Positions 29,379-37,866 of a DNA stretch of 64,000 nucleotides are shown piece by piece. A model generated the notes under the pieces. It saw only the letters and a list, made by a program, of their open reading frames with translations. It was not told the origin of the DNA and did no database searches. Numbering within the stretch: position 1 is the first letter of the stretch; each line of letters begins with the position of its first letter. The position numbers and the translations under genes were made by a program. This stretch comes from a virus (taxonomy: Duplodnaviria; Caudoviricetes): the IMG/VR virus record IMGVR_UViG_3300037047_000246, one strand, 5' to 3'.

Positions 29379-29672
29379 TCAGCCGCCTTCGTCCCCGTCG
29401 TCCAAGTCGCGCTCCTCGAACACATCGTCGGCGTCGAACCGCACCTCGTACGTGTCGATGTCCACGGGCGTGCACCCAGAGGAGTCGTAGCGGCCCCAAG
29501 AAAACTCTTTCTCGACTTTCTCGGCTGCAGCTTGAGCGGAGGCGGCCCGGACGCGAACGGTGCCGGACACGACAATTTCGACCGGGACGAAGAACTCTTG
29601 ATCCTCTTCCATGATGTCTCGCACCCGCTGCTCATTGTGCTTGCGCTCCTGCTTCTGGCTCTGCATTCCCAT
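29379..29672 (-). CDS. Acidic micro-protein
   Basis: GGAGG SD; follows a promoter-like element. Confidence 0.65.
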   Translation of the reverse strand: MGMQSQKQERKHNEQRVRDIMEEDQEFFVPVEIVVSGTVRVRAASAQAAAEKVEKEFSWGRYDSSGCTPVDIDTYEVRFDADDVFEERDLDDGDEGG

Positions 29673-29778
29673 TTGCTAACCTCCAGCCAGGCGCTACGCT
29701 GCGGCAGCGGAGATTTCCGCGGTTCGACCGCCCCGGCGGACCGGGCCTGACTGAACATTGTCTGCGCGGACTGGCCGG

Positions 29779-30012
29779 TCACTCCCAATGCACCTGCGCG
29801 GCCAGAAACTCGTCCGGAGAGACGTCGATCGCATTGAACAGCGGCCTCATTTTGTTGTGCTCAGAACATAGGGCGAACGGCGCGCCGTTCTCAAGCACGA
29901 GCAGGCTTGCTGCACGCTTGCTGCAACGCTTGCTGGAAGAGCCTGACCCAGACCTCTTCCAGCGCCAGGAACACTGGAAATCGGAATCATTGACTGCGTA
30001 AGAAGCGCTCAT
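29779..30012 (-). CDS. Zinc-finger family A member with tag (AAQVHWE)
   Basis: QCSW...RCSKRA...PFALCSEH...DVSPDEFLAAQVHWE*. Confidence 0.75.
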   Translation of the reverse strand: MSASYAVNDSDFQCSWRWKRSGSGSSSKRCSKRAASLLVLENGAPFALCSEHNKMRPLFNAIDVSPDEFLAAQVHWE

Positions 30013-30154
30013 GACTCGCCTCTCTTCGCCTCTTCGCGGGTCTCGGCCCACGCGCGTCCGAGCACGATGCCGAACGACGCCCCGGCGAGCAGCCCGACCA
30101 GGAACAAAATCACTTGGGCCTCCCGCCCTTTGCCAGGAAGCAATCGTCCCAGTC

Positions 30155-30406
30155 TCATTTTGCCTCCACGGCGCACCAGCAGTCCAAGGCGATCGTGGAG
30201 ATGCGCCGCGCGTCCGCCGGACACGCCTTGGCGTCGCATCGATGCTTTGCGTAGACCGCCCACGCCACCAAGAGGGCGACGGGCACCGCGACGATCAGCA
30301 CCGTGAGCAGGAAGGAAGGCGGCTTGGTCTGCTTCACTTCTGAACTCCTTCGTGCTTGCACCACTCCGCAGCTTGAGACTCGCAAGCTGAAATGCCAAAT
30401 CGGCAC
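30155..30406 (-). CDS. Single-pass membrane micro-protein with a Cys-rich tail
   Basis: LLTVLIVAVPVALLVAWAVYA...CDAKAC...DCWC. Confidence 0.5.
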   Translation of the reverse strand: MPIWHFSLRVSSCGVVQARRSSEVKQTKPPSFLLTVLIVAVPVALLVAWAVYAKHRCDAKACPADARRISTIALDCWCAVEAK

Positions 30407-30540
30407 TGCACTTCAAACATGCCACTGTCTTCTACTCTGGGCGCAGACTGCATCGGGAGCTGCGGCGGCAAAATTGCTCCGTCGTACCCGCATCCGAGAA
30501 GCGCTACAGCAAGAATCGGCGCGGAAAGCTTCAGCATCAT
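30334..30540 (-). CDS. Small putative lipoprotein
   Basis: MMLKLSAPILAVALLGC lipobox. Confidence 0.55.
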   Translation of the reverse strand: MMLKLSAPILAVALLGCGYDGAILPPQLPMQSAPRVEDSGMFEVQCRFGISACESQAAEWCKHEGVQK

Positions 30541-30986
30541 TGCCTCGTCATGCGGCATTTGTAGGTGGATTGGCACCAGGAGCCGTCGCCGCAGTCGATC
30601 CTCATAGTGTCGATGCTGTCGGCTGACGAGCCATCCTGCGCAAAAGTGGTCATATAGGTCTCGGACACCGTACAACCGCCATGCTGTTTGGCGAATGGGG
30701 TCTGAGACTCATAGGAGCAGCCCGTGCCGCGGGCAGCGCAACCGTCTTGCGACAGAGCGTCGCAAGACACAGACGACAGGTCCGCTGCGCCGGCCGAATC
30801 AGTGTTGAAGACAGAGTCCGCAAGCGGGCCGCAATTTCCGGACTGCTCGACGCAAGAGACGACGTAAGTGGCATTCTTGGTCGCGCACGGGTTGAGCTGG
30901 TTCCGAACTTTTTCAGAATCGGGATCGTTAGAAGAGCAGCCGATGGCCGAGATGACCAAAAACGGCAAAAATCGCATGAGCTGCAT
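30537..30986 (-). CDS. Cys-rich lipoprotein, paralogue of 21636..22049
   Basis: FLPFLVISAIGC lipobox; GGAGGTG SD. Confidence 0.8.
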   Translation of the reverse strand: MQLMRFLPFLVISAIGCSSNDPDSEKVRNQLNPCATKNATYVVSCVEQSGNCGPLADSVFNTDSAGAADLSSVSCDALSQDGCAARGTGCSYESQTPFAKQHGGCTVSETYMTTFAQDGSSADSIDTMRIDCGDGSWCQSTYKCRMTRQ

Positions 30987-31285
30987 GAAACACCTCCGCA
31001 AGCTGTGAGTGGGAAATTGCGCTGTCAAAATTTCCAACAACCGTGCCTCTGAGAAAGTCGGAAGGGTTTACAGCTGAAGCGGCGAAACTTACGAGACGGG
31101 CAGTCCGCCGAAGGACAGCAGCCTCCAGCGCGACAGGCGGTTGCGCACAGCGGCTTGCAGGCCGTCGGAGCGGACGACCCGAGCGACCCTGTGCTTGTCC
31201 ATGAATGAAAGAGCCTCGGACAAATTGGAAAACTGCCGGCCGGGAAGGACCCAATGGCGGCCTTGGGCGATTTGGACGAAGAAGG

Positions 31286-31519
31286 TCATGAGCAGCGCAC
31301 CTGGTCCAGGAGCTCGAGGGCGTCGGCCTCTTCGGAAGAGATTTCGCGGACGGGCTCGTTGAGGCGGGGCTCGCGGGACCACTCGATCCACCACAAGGAG
31401 TGCTCCTCGCAGACGCGGGAGACGGAGACGCCCCCAGGCCTGCCCTGGGCGAAGAAGCGGGCGGCGGGGAGGTTGCAATGACACAGAGGCCCGGCATGCT
31501 TGCAAAGATTGCCGCTCAT
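31286..31519 (-). CDS. Zinc-finger family A member with tag (LDQVRCS)
   Basis: LCKH...CNLPAARFF...VCEEH...EISSEEADALELLDQVRCS*. Confidence 0.7.
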   Translation of the reverse strand: MSGNLCKHAGPLCHCNLPAARFFAQGRPGGVSVSRVCEEHSLWWIEWSREPRLNEPVREISSEEADALELLDQVRCS

Positions 31520-31731
31520 GACGAATGCACCAGCAGGACGGAATATTCGGCGGCCGAGACCTCGGAATACATGCCCATCAGGAGGGACGCCAGATCGTCG
31601 TGGCTCTTGCACAGGGCGAACGGCAGGCCCCGGTCGGACGCCCAGCACCGGAAAGCGGGCTGCCCGCACCGCTCATAGGGATGGCCGCCGTAGATGAGCC
31701 AACGGCAGGGAAAGTCGGAAGGGCTTGCCAT
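31516..31731 (-). CDS. Zinc-finger family A member with tag (VLLVHSS)
   Basis: PCRW...RCGQPA...PFALCKSH...EVSAAEYSVLLVHSS*; closest by eye to 29779..30012. Confidence 0.75.
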   Translation of the reverse strand: MASPSDFPCRWLIYGGHPYERCGQPAFRCWASDRGLPFALCKSHDDLASLLMGMYSEVSAAEYSVLLVHSS

Positions 31732-31740
31732 CGGCGCGCC

Positions 31741-32217
31741 TCAATTCAGAAAGAATCCCTGCGGAATCGGACTGCCCGGGTCTAAAATCTGCGAGCATCC
31801 GGTCCTGACGTCCTTGAGAGCCCCTGTGGCCGTCGCCGTCCGCAGATGCATCTCCTGCCTGGAAGAGAACAGCGAAGCAATCTCCCGGTCCAGCCGATCC
31901 TGGCTGATCGGGTGGAACAAGTCGGCGCCGGGAGCCGGCTGCACTGAGGCCGGCTGCCAGAACGGGGAGCCGAGAAGATTGGCGACGTCGCTCTTGCCGT
32001 AGGCGAAGTCCTGGCCCCGGAACGGCTCCGGATGCAAAATGCGGCCCTTCCCGTCGCTCGGCAGGTCGAGCGCGGCCGTCACCATGACGCATTTGCCGCG
32101 GACCAGGCTGTTGCGGGCCCGGAGATACCAGACGGCGGAGTCGGCAGCCGACACGACCACGAAATCGGGCTTGCGCGACAGGACCTTGCAAAACATCTTG
32201 GCGAGAATGCGGACCAT
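31741..32217 (-). CDS. Hypothetical protein
   Basis: Start at MVRILAK; GC3-rich codons. Confidence 0.6.
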   Translation of the reverse strand: MVRILAKMFCKVLSRKPDFVVVSAADSAVWYLRARNSLVRGKCVMVTAALDLPSDGKGRILHPEPFRGQDFAYGKSDVANLLGSPFWQPASVQPAPGADLFHPISQDRLDREIASLFSSRQEMHLRTATATGALKDVRTGCSQILDPGSPIPQGFFLN

Positions 32218-32317
32218 GGCCGAGCTTACGCCAAAGAGCGGCAGATTTCCACACCTGAAATTGGACGCGGTCCGAAGTACCCGGAGCGAACAGGAGTATT
32301 CGCAACGGAGGCCGCAA

Positions 32318-32837
32318 ATGCCGGACGCAGACCAGCCGCGGAAGAATGGCAAATGGACGCTGACGGGGCAGGCAAACACGCAATCCGACAAGGAATATTG
32401 GCAGCGCAACAAGGAGAAGGTCAAGGCGCAGCACGACCGGTATCGGCGGGAGAATCGGGACAAAATCAACGACAAGCGCAAGGACAGGAGGTGGTGCGAC
32501 GGGTACTCGCTCGCAGAGCGGTTTGCCAACGGCAAGGCATGCGCCGCCAAGCGAGGCATCGAATTTTCCTTGACATGCGAGGAACCCGCCGCCACAATCT
32601 CGCTCCCGTGCCATTATTGCGGCGGCGGGTTCGGCGAGAAGACTCGAGCCAGCCTCGGCTTGGACAGGCTGGACAGTAAGAGCGGCTACGTCGCCAGAAA
32701 CGTGGTGAGCTGCTGCCGGATCTGCAACAACAATTAAATGGGACAAGTTCACTCCGGAGGAGACGAAGGCGATGGTGCGAATTGTCATGGAGATGCGAGG
32801 AATATTGAAAGAAGCATGCCAGACATCTGATCGTTAA
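32318..32837 (+). CDS. HNH endonuclease with an apparent frameshift near 32733
   Basis: PCHYCG...GLDRLDSKSGYVARNVVSCCRICN, then continues one base shifted as IKWDKFTPEETKAMV...; GGAGG SD. Confidence 0.75.
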
Positions 32838-32914
32838 ACCTAGATGCGAGGGATCCCTCCAGTTCTATGAAATCCGTCTTGATTTATTTGGCTGAGTTCA
32901 AACTGCGAGGCGGG

Positions 32915-32959
32915 ACTGCGCTAGCCTTTCGGCCCTTCGGGCCGAAAGGCTAGCGCAGT
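32915..32959. terminator. Perfect 21-bp inverted repeat between convergent genes
   Basis: ACTGCGCTAGCCTTTCGGCCC-TTC-GGGCCGAAAGGCTAGCGCAGT. Confidence 0.75.
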
Positions 32960-33048
32960 TAAAAGTACTGAACAAGCGTTTGGTAAAACTATATGCCAGA
33001 CACTTCGCTGACCCCTGCCATATACTTAGCAAGTATATGGCATATACT

Positions 33049-33357
33049 TCAGCTGTCGTGCACTTCGGCGACGTCGATGGTGGTCAAGGCGATGTCCAGA
33101 TGCTGGCGCAGCTGCAGCACTTCGTCCCGGGTCAGGTCGAGGCTGGTGCGGCACCCGGAGTCTGGTCGGTCCAGGGTCAGGCACACGTGCCGGTCAAAAC
33201 GGTCTGGCGGCTCGTTCTCACAAGAGTAAAAGACAACAGACACGCCAACCTGGGCGCCCGTATGCAGCGAAGACTTGAACTGGCAGCAGTACTGGACGCT
33301 GCGGGCAAGCTCCTGGACAGTTTTGGCCGAGCGGCGGCCAGCTAGCAAGCGCTTCAT
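33049..33357 (-). CDS. Hypothetical protein with tag (VAEVHDS)
   Basis: Track ORF, coupled. Confidence 0.65.
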   Translation of the reverse strand: MKRLLAGRRSAKTVQELARSVQYCCQFKSSLHTGAQVGVSVVFYSCENEPPDRFDRHVCLTLDRPDSGCRTSLDLTRDEVLQLRQHLDIALTTIDVAEVHDS

Positions 33358-33638
33358 GAGTTTTGCACTTCCCAGACAGCAAGGTGCTTTTGCACAGTGG
33401 ACACCGCCCGAGCCAGGTTGGCCATCCGAGTCCGGTCGACCCGAGTCTTTGTCCGCTCTGGCTTGCGCTGCAAGCTGGTCAGATAGTCCTGCAGGTGGTC
33501 GAGCTCCCAGCGCCTCTGCATCGCGTCCACGGCGGACGCCACGGGCTCATCCGACACTTTTGTGCGCACTTTCGTGCGCTGCGCAGACGGAACTTGCAGC
33601 CAGGACCGGTTTGGGGCGGCTCGCCAGGAGTCAGGCAT
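33354..33638 (-). CDS. Helical protein with tag (VWEVQNS)
   Basis: Track ORF, coupled. Confidence 0.65.
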   Translation of the reverse strand: MPDSWRAAPNRSWLQVPSAQRTKVRTKVSDEPVASAVDAMQRRWELDHLQDYLTSLQRKPERTKTRVDRTRMANLARAVSTVQKHLAVWEVQNS

Positions 33639-33870
33639 TGCGCAGCCTGCGGGCCAGCCGGGGGCTCAGCAGAAGCTGCTGCTGGTCGGTCGGACCTATC
33701 TGGACCCGCAGCGCGGCAGCCAGCTGGGCTTCGAAGTCCTGGGCGGCTTTGAATGCGGGGTCGTTTGGACGAGTGGCTTGCAAAGCCGCCTGCACCCAGT
33801 TCAGCACCACTACGGCTTGCGAAGGGTGCATTTCGAACGCAATCTTCTTTCGAAAGGGGACTCTAGGCAT
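33631..33870 (-). CDS. Hypothetical protein
   Basis: GGAG SD; MPRVPFRKK... Confidence 0.55.
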   Translation of the reverse strand: MPRVPFRKKIAFEMHPSQAVVVLNWVQAALQATRPNDPAFKAAQDFEAQLAAALRVQIGPTDQQQLLLSPRLARRLRNA

Positions 33871-33898
33871 TTGGAAACGGCTCCTTTGAATCCCCACC

Positions 33899-34078
33899 TT
33901 ACAGCAGGGAGCTCAAGAGGTTCCCCTGTCCCACTCGACGGCCGGAGCGGTCCCTGGTGACGTCCTGGCTTTTGTCGTACTCTCCCACTTTGCGGCCAGT
34001 CTCGTCGAAGGCCTCGAGTTTGTTGCCCCGGTCTTCGATGCGCCCCACTCGCTTTCCCGACGCGTCTTTGAGCACCAT
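33899..34078 (-). CDS. 59 aa beta-hairpin-repeat micro-protein, below the track cutoff
   Basis: MVLKDASGKRVGRIEDRGNKLEAFDETGRKVGEYDKSQDVTRDRSGRRVGQGNLLSSLL*, with three (D/R)xxG(K/R)(R/K)VG repeats and a GGGAG SD. Confidence 0.8.
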   Translation of the reverse strand: MVLKDASGKRVGRIEDRGNKLEAFDETGRKVGEYDKSQDVTRDRSGRRVGQGNLLSSLL

Positions 34079-34145
34079 TGCAAATCTCCCTTCAGGATTG
34101 CCTACGGGGAAACTCGTCCCATTTACGGCAAATCCCCTCCGGGGA

Positions 34146-34289
34146 TGTGTTCAAACTGTGGCCTTTGAAGCTTTGGCAAAGCACATATGGCCTTCGAAGC
34201 AGTTCAACCGATCAGGCCGCTGGCCACCCCGAGGGTGTGTTCAAACTGTGGCCTTTGAAGCTTTGGCAAAGCACATATGGCCTTCGAAG
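34146..34289. repeat. Two identical 54-bp direct repeats separated by 36 bp
   Basis: TGTGTTCAAACTGTGGCCTTTGAAGCTTTGGCAAAGCACATATGGCCTTCGAAG at 34146-34199 and 34236-34289. Confidence 0.95.
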
Positions 34290-34557
34290 ATACAAGTTTA
34301 CCCGGCGATTTTCTCTTTCCCTTTTGGACCTCCCGCTCGTGTCTCTGTTTGGAATCCAGCAGTGCGGGCTTACAACAGCAACTGTCTAGGTCTGGGAAGC
34401 GAGGCCGGGTCTTTTGTTCAACTTCGCCTTCGAATGTCGAACTCGGGTGCAGCTGCACCAACTTGAACCGTTGCAGCTCCGCTACGCGCCTTTTATCCTA
34501 GGAAAGGGTGAGGCTTCGCTGCGACGGCACAGTCCGTGCGCCATAAAAGGCCTGAAA

Positions 34558-35160
34558 TTACGAGTCTTGCACCTGTTTGGTGACTAGGTCCTGCAGAAAT
34601 TTCTCCAACACCTTTTCGGACGGGTTCCTGATTCTACAGATAGTGCCGTCCCGCCGGACAGCTTCGAGCTGCACCTTTTCGGACGGCCGCTCTATGTACT
34701 GAATTGCCCAACTGTTTCGCCGTACTGCTGCAAGCTGCACCTTTTCGGACGGCCGCTTGATGAACTGTACAGCGGTCCAGTTTTTCTTGACTGCTGCAAG
34801 CTGGACCTGCTCGGACGGACTTTTGATGCACTGAATCGAATCCCCGTCCATTTTGACTGCTGCAAGCTGCACCTGCTCGGACGGTCGCTTGATGTACTGG
34901 ACTGAGCGCCAATTCTGCCGGACTGCTGCAAGCTGAACCTGCTCGGAGGGGTTTTTGATATACCGGATCAACCAGCCGTTCTGCCGGACTGCTGCGAGCT
35001 GAACCTGCTCGGAGGGGTTTTTGGTATACCGGATCAACCAGTTTTGCTTGACTGCTTCGAGCTGGAACCGCTCCTGGCACAGACCCAGCGCGCATTTCAA
35101 GCCCAACTCGAATGCCACTTCAGGAGTCAGTCCGTACTTTTTCAACAAAGACTTCAGCAT
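34558..35160 (-). CDS. DUF4116-like 22-aa tandem-repeat protein with tag (TKQVQDS)
   Basis: About seven copies of PSE(Q/K)VQLAAVxxNxxxI(Q/R)YI. Confidence 0.88.
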   Translation of the reverse strand: MLKSLLKKYGLTPEVAFELGLKCALGLCQERFQLEAVKQNWLIRYTKNPSEQVQLAAVRQNGWLIRYIKNPSEQVQLAAVRQNWRSVQYIKRPSEQVQLAAVKMDGDSIQCIKSPSEQVQLAAVKKNWTAVQFIKRPSEKVQLAAVRRNSWAIQYIERPSEKVQLEAVRRDGTICRIRNPSEKVLEKFLQDLVTKQVQDS

Positions 35161-35189
35161 GACGGCCCTTCCAGCGGGATGTGGCAGGT

Positions 35190-35894
35190 TCAGCCGAACT
35201 TGAGCGCCGGCTCGACCCTCTTGACCGCCTGGGCCAGCAGCGCGCGGGTGTTGTCGTCGACTTCCTTGATGCGCCTTTCGTAGTCCTTGGAAGCCGAGAC
35301 CTTGGTTTCGGTGTCGAACAGGGTCTGCATGGCGTTTTCCAGGTCATCGCCGACCATGCCGAGCTCGCCGAGCAGTCCCCGCACCAGCTCTTCTGCGTTG
35401 GCCTTGAGGCGTTTGGCGGTCTCGACCACGAACAACCGGTCGAAAGTGGCCTGGTCCAGCACCTGGGCCTGCAGCATCCCCAGAGCCGCGTCGCGCGCCA
35501 CCGTGTAGCGGTTGGTGCACACCACGGACACGTACCGGGTCTCCCTTGCGGCAGGGTCCCCCGGCACTTCCACCGAGTACGGGACGGAGACGGTGGTCAC
35601 GTCGCATTTGAACGTGTCGTTGTACAGCTCCCTCTTGTCGGCGCCGTACTGGCGCATGTCGGACTGAATCATCGAGAACCTGGCCTCTGCCTCCTGCAGC
35701 GCCGCCTTGAGCTCGGCCGCGGTCTGGGCCTTTTCGGCCATGGCCGGGTCGAATCCGAGGCGGACCACGTTCTTGTCCCTGCGGGCGCCAGCCAGAGCCG
35801 GGTCCTGCAGCTGGACAGTCAGGGCCGAAGCGGCCTGTCCGTCCACGGTCTTTTTGCTGGCAAGCCGCTTGAGGGTGTCGAGTGCTGATGTCAT
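35190..35894 (-). CDS. Hypothetical protein (234 aa)
   Basis: AGGAG SD, upstream promoter-like element and strongly GC3-biased codons. Confidence 0.8.
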   Translation of the reverse strand: MTSALDTLKRLASKKTVDGQAASALTVQLQDPALAGARRDKNVVRLGFDPAMAEKAQTAAELKAALQEAEARFSMIQSDMRQYGADKRELYNDTFKCDVTTVSVPYSVEVPGDPAARETRYVSVVCTNRYTVARDAALGMLQAQVLDQATFDRLFVVETAKRLKANAEELVRGLLGELGMVGDDLENAMQTLFDTETKVSASKDYERRIKEVDDNTRALLAQAVKRVEPALKFG

Positions 35895-35963
35895 GCGCGT
35901 CGTCTCCTGGGTTGGTTGTCTGCTCGCTGCTCGGTACGCAGCAAGCCGCCCAGCTTCCGCCAC

Positions 35964-36248
35964 TCACTGAGACTGCACTTTATACACCTCGGCATCAAGC
36001 AGCAGCTGGGCGGCTTGCTCGTCGGTCAGCGCTAAACGCCGGCTTTTGGTGGCAGGCACAACCGCCCAACACTGCTGGCAATACCGGGTTAGAACGGTGT
36101 TGAACTGGTCTGGATTTTGGTCATCCTCGCACCAGAACACCACCCACTGGGTGGGCAGGTTGAGGCATCGGTGGCGCCACCGGGCCGGGCATGACCGGCC
36201 GCAGTCATCGGTGTTGTAAACGAATCGTCCAGTAATTTCTATCATCAT
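35964..36248 (-). CDS. Zinc-finger-like protein with tag (VYKVQSQ)
   Basis: HRC...RYCQQC...LTDEQAAQLLLDAEVYKVQSQ*. Confidence 0.7.
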   Translation of the reverse strand: MMIEITGRFVYNTDDCGRSCPARWRHRCLNLPTQWVVFWCEDDQNPDQFNTVLTRYCQQCWAVVPATKSRRLALTDEQAAQLLLDAEVYKVQSQ

Positions 36249-36289
36249 GCGAGGAGCTCCTTGGGTCTACTGCAGGCCGCGCAAAGTTT

Positions 36290-36412
36290 CCAGGCGCGAC
36301 GCTGCTGCGGCGGCGCGGGCGGCGGGCCGAGCGAGCGGCGCGCGGCGCGCGGAGCGCGGCGCGCGGACGGCCCAAGCGCTCGGCGGCGCGAGCCAGGCGC
36401 GCGGCGCCGCTC
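36290..36412. repeat. Near-pure GC low-complexity intergenic tract
   Basis: GGCGCGCGG and GCGGC units; very few A/T bases. Confidence 0.8.
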
Positions 36413-36908
36413 ATGACTCGTGCACCAGTTCCACTTGAACTTCGCTTACCGTTTCCAGCATCTGCTCGTGCGTGCCGCCCCGCTTGAAGAACGTCCGAAC
36501 GGCACGTTGCAAATTATCTTTTGCTGACCTCAAAGCCTCTTCGGCGTTTGAGGCGTCTGCTTGGGCGAACTGCTCTGGCGGAATGGAGGCGACGAACTCG
36601 ACGAACTTTTGCTGTAATATCAGGAAAGTTTGTTCGTAGTCTGATGACCAACTGTCGCAGCAAGTGTTGGCGTACTGCTGCAAACTGTTTGATATGATCT
36701 GCAGGTCTTCGGTGCGAGAAGGCTTTCTGAACGAAATGAACCAAGATGGCCTGGGGTCGTAGTCACCCAAGTGGGCCCGAGGCGTGTCGTACTTCGGATC
36801 TCCCGTGACGAACCTGGCCGACACCCTGGACCGGCTGAATACTCGGTCCAGCTCGAAGTGACCTTTCCGAGCCATTCGCTCCATGCGCTTGCGATCTCTA
36901 TCATTCAT
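36411..36908 (-). CDS. Hypothetical protein with helical tag (VELVHES)
   Basis: ...FFKRGGTHEQMLETVSEVQVELVHES*. Confidence 0.75.
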   Translation of the reverse strand: MNDRDRKRMERMARKGHFELDRVFSRSRVSARFVTGDPKYDTPRAHLGDYDPRPSWFISFRKPSRTEDLQIISNSLQQYANTCCDSWSSDYEQTFLILQQKFVEFVASIPPEQFAQADASNAEEALRSAKDNLQRAVRTFFKRGGTHEQMLETVSEVQVELVHES

Positions 36909-36940
36909 TTTGAGGCAAGCAGCTTGCTAAAAACTCAGAA

Positions 36941-37363
36941 TCACTCATTGTGGATGATCTCCACTTGGAGCTCGGGGCTGTACGGCCCGGACTCGTCTTG
37001 GGCCGACGGGGTCTGTCGGCCCAAAATGTGGCCGAACAGCTCGGTGAGCACGAGCACATCGTCCTCGTTCCTGTCGAACGGCAGGCGCAGCTTTTCGGCC
37101 ACGTAGTTAGGCGCCAGGTACCCGGCCGGAGCCAGCACGCAGCAGCGCCCGCTGCAAGCGCCGTCCGCGAGCGACACCACGAACGAGCCGGGAAAGCATC
37201 CGATCCCTTCTTCTGCGCCCCCGGGCACCTGCACGAACGACACCACATACCTGGAGCCGTTGCCCGGCTGGTACTCGAGCAGCACCTGGCGGGAGAACAG
37301 CCTGGTCGGGTCGTGATGATCGCGGATCCAGCAGATGGACTCTTGAATCGTCTTGGTTCGCAT
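36941..37363 (-). CDS. Hypothetical protein with tag (VEIIHNE)
   Basis: YQPGNGSRY motif; GAGGTGA SD. Confidence 0.75.
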   Translation of the reverse strand: MRTKTIQESICWIRDHHDPTRLFSRQVLLEYQPGNGSRYVVSFVQVPGGAEEGIGCFPGSFVVSLADGACSGRCCVLAPAGYLAPNYVAEKLRLPFDRNEDDVLVLTELFGHILGRQTPSAQDESGPYSPELQVEIIHNE

Positions 37364-37372
37364 TCAGTCACC

Positions 37373-37573
37373 TCAACTGTTGTGCACGAGCCACAGCTCG
37401 GCTTCTCGCTCTGTGATTTCCGTATTCGCAAACAGCCAGCGCCCGTCCGGGTGTGGGCAATCGTCTTCTGCGTGCCATTTGCACCAGGCTACAAGCTCCT
37501 GCCCTAGTGTGGCAAACCGGACAGCTGTGCAGCGGCATTTGCGGTCGTCATCGTCCACGTAGTTGCAATTCAT
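37373..37573 (-). CDS. Zinc-finger family A member with tag (LWLVHNS)
   Basis: Paralogue of 37662..37856. Confidence 0.8.
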   Translation of the reverse strand: MNCNYVDDDDRKCRCTAVRFATLGQELVAWCKWHAEDDCPHPDGRWLFANTEITEREAELWLVHNS

Positions 37574-37683
37574 GACTCTTGCACCGCCTCGACCACGGTC
37601 TCTTTGACGAGCTCGGCCAGCTCCTGCTCAAGCTCGTCGGTGTCGGCCCCGGCGGCGTCAGTCAGCTTTGATGCACCAGCCAT
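37570..37683 (-). CDS. 37 aa micro-ORF consisting mostly of the tag helix
   Basis: MAGASKLTDAAGADTDELEQELAELVKETVVEAVQES*; ATGA overlap with 37373..37573. Confidence 0.6.
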   Translation of the reverse strand: MAGASKLTDAAGADTDELEQELAELVKETVVEAVQES

Positions 37684-37856
37684 ACCTCGGCCTCTTGTTC
37701 GGTCACTTCAGCATACAGGAACAGCCAAATGCCGCTTGCGTTCAAACCAAGCGCGTAATGCGCCTCGCACCTGGTCACCAAATAACCGTCGCCCGTCAGG
37801 GCGAACCGGACAGCTGGTCCGTTGCAGTACTCGGTTTCTGAGTGGTTGCATTTCAT
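37662..37856 (-). CDS. Zinc-finger family A member with tag (VWLVHQS)
   Basis: MKC...CNGPAVRFA...TRCEAH...EVTEQEAEVWLVHQS*. Confidence 0.8.
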   Translation of the reverse strand: MKCNHSETEYCNGPAVRFALTGDGYLVTRCEAHYALGLNASGIWLFLYAEVTEQEAEVWLVHQS

Positions 37857-37866
37857 GGTGCCAATC

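Noticed and set aside
34146-34289. CRISPR array
   Set aside because: Only two repeats, each 54 bp (longer than typical CRISPR repeats), and no cas genes in the window. Kept as an unexplained repeat.
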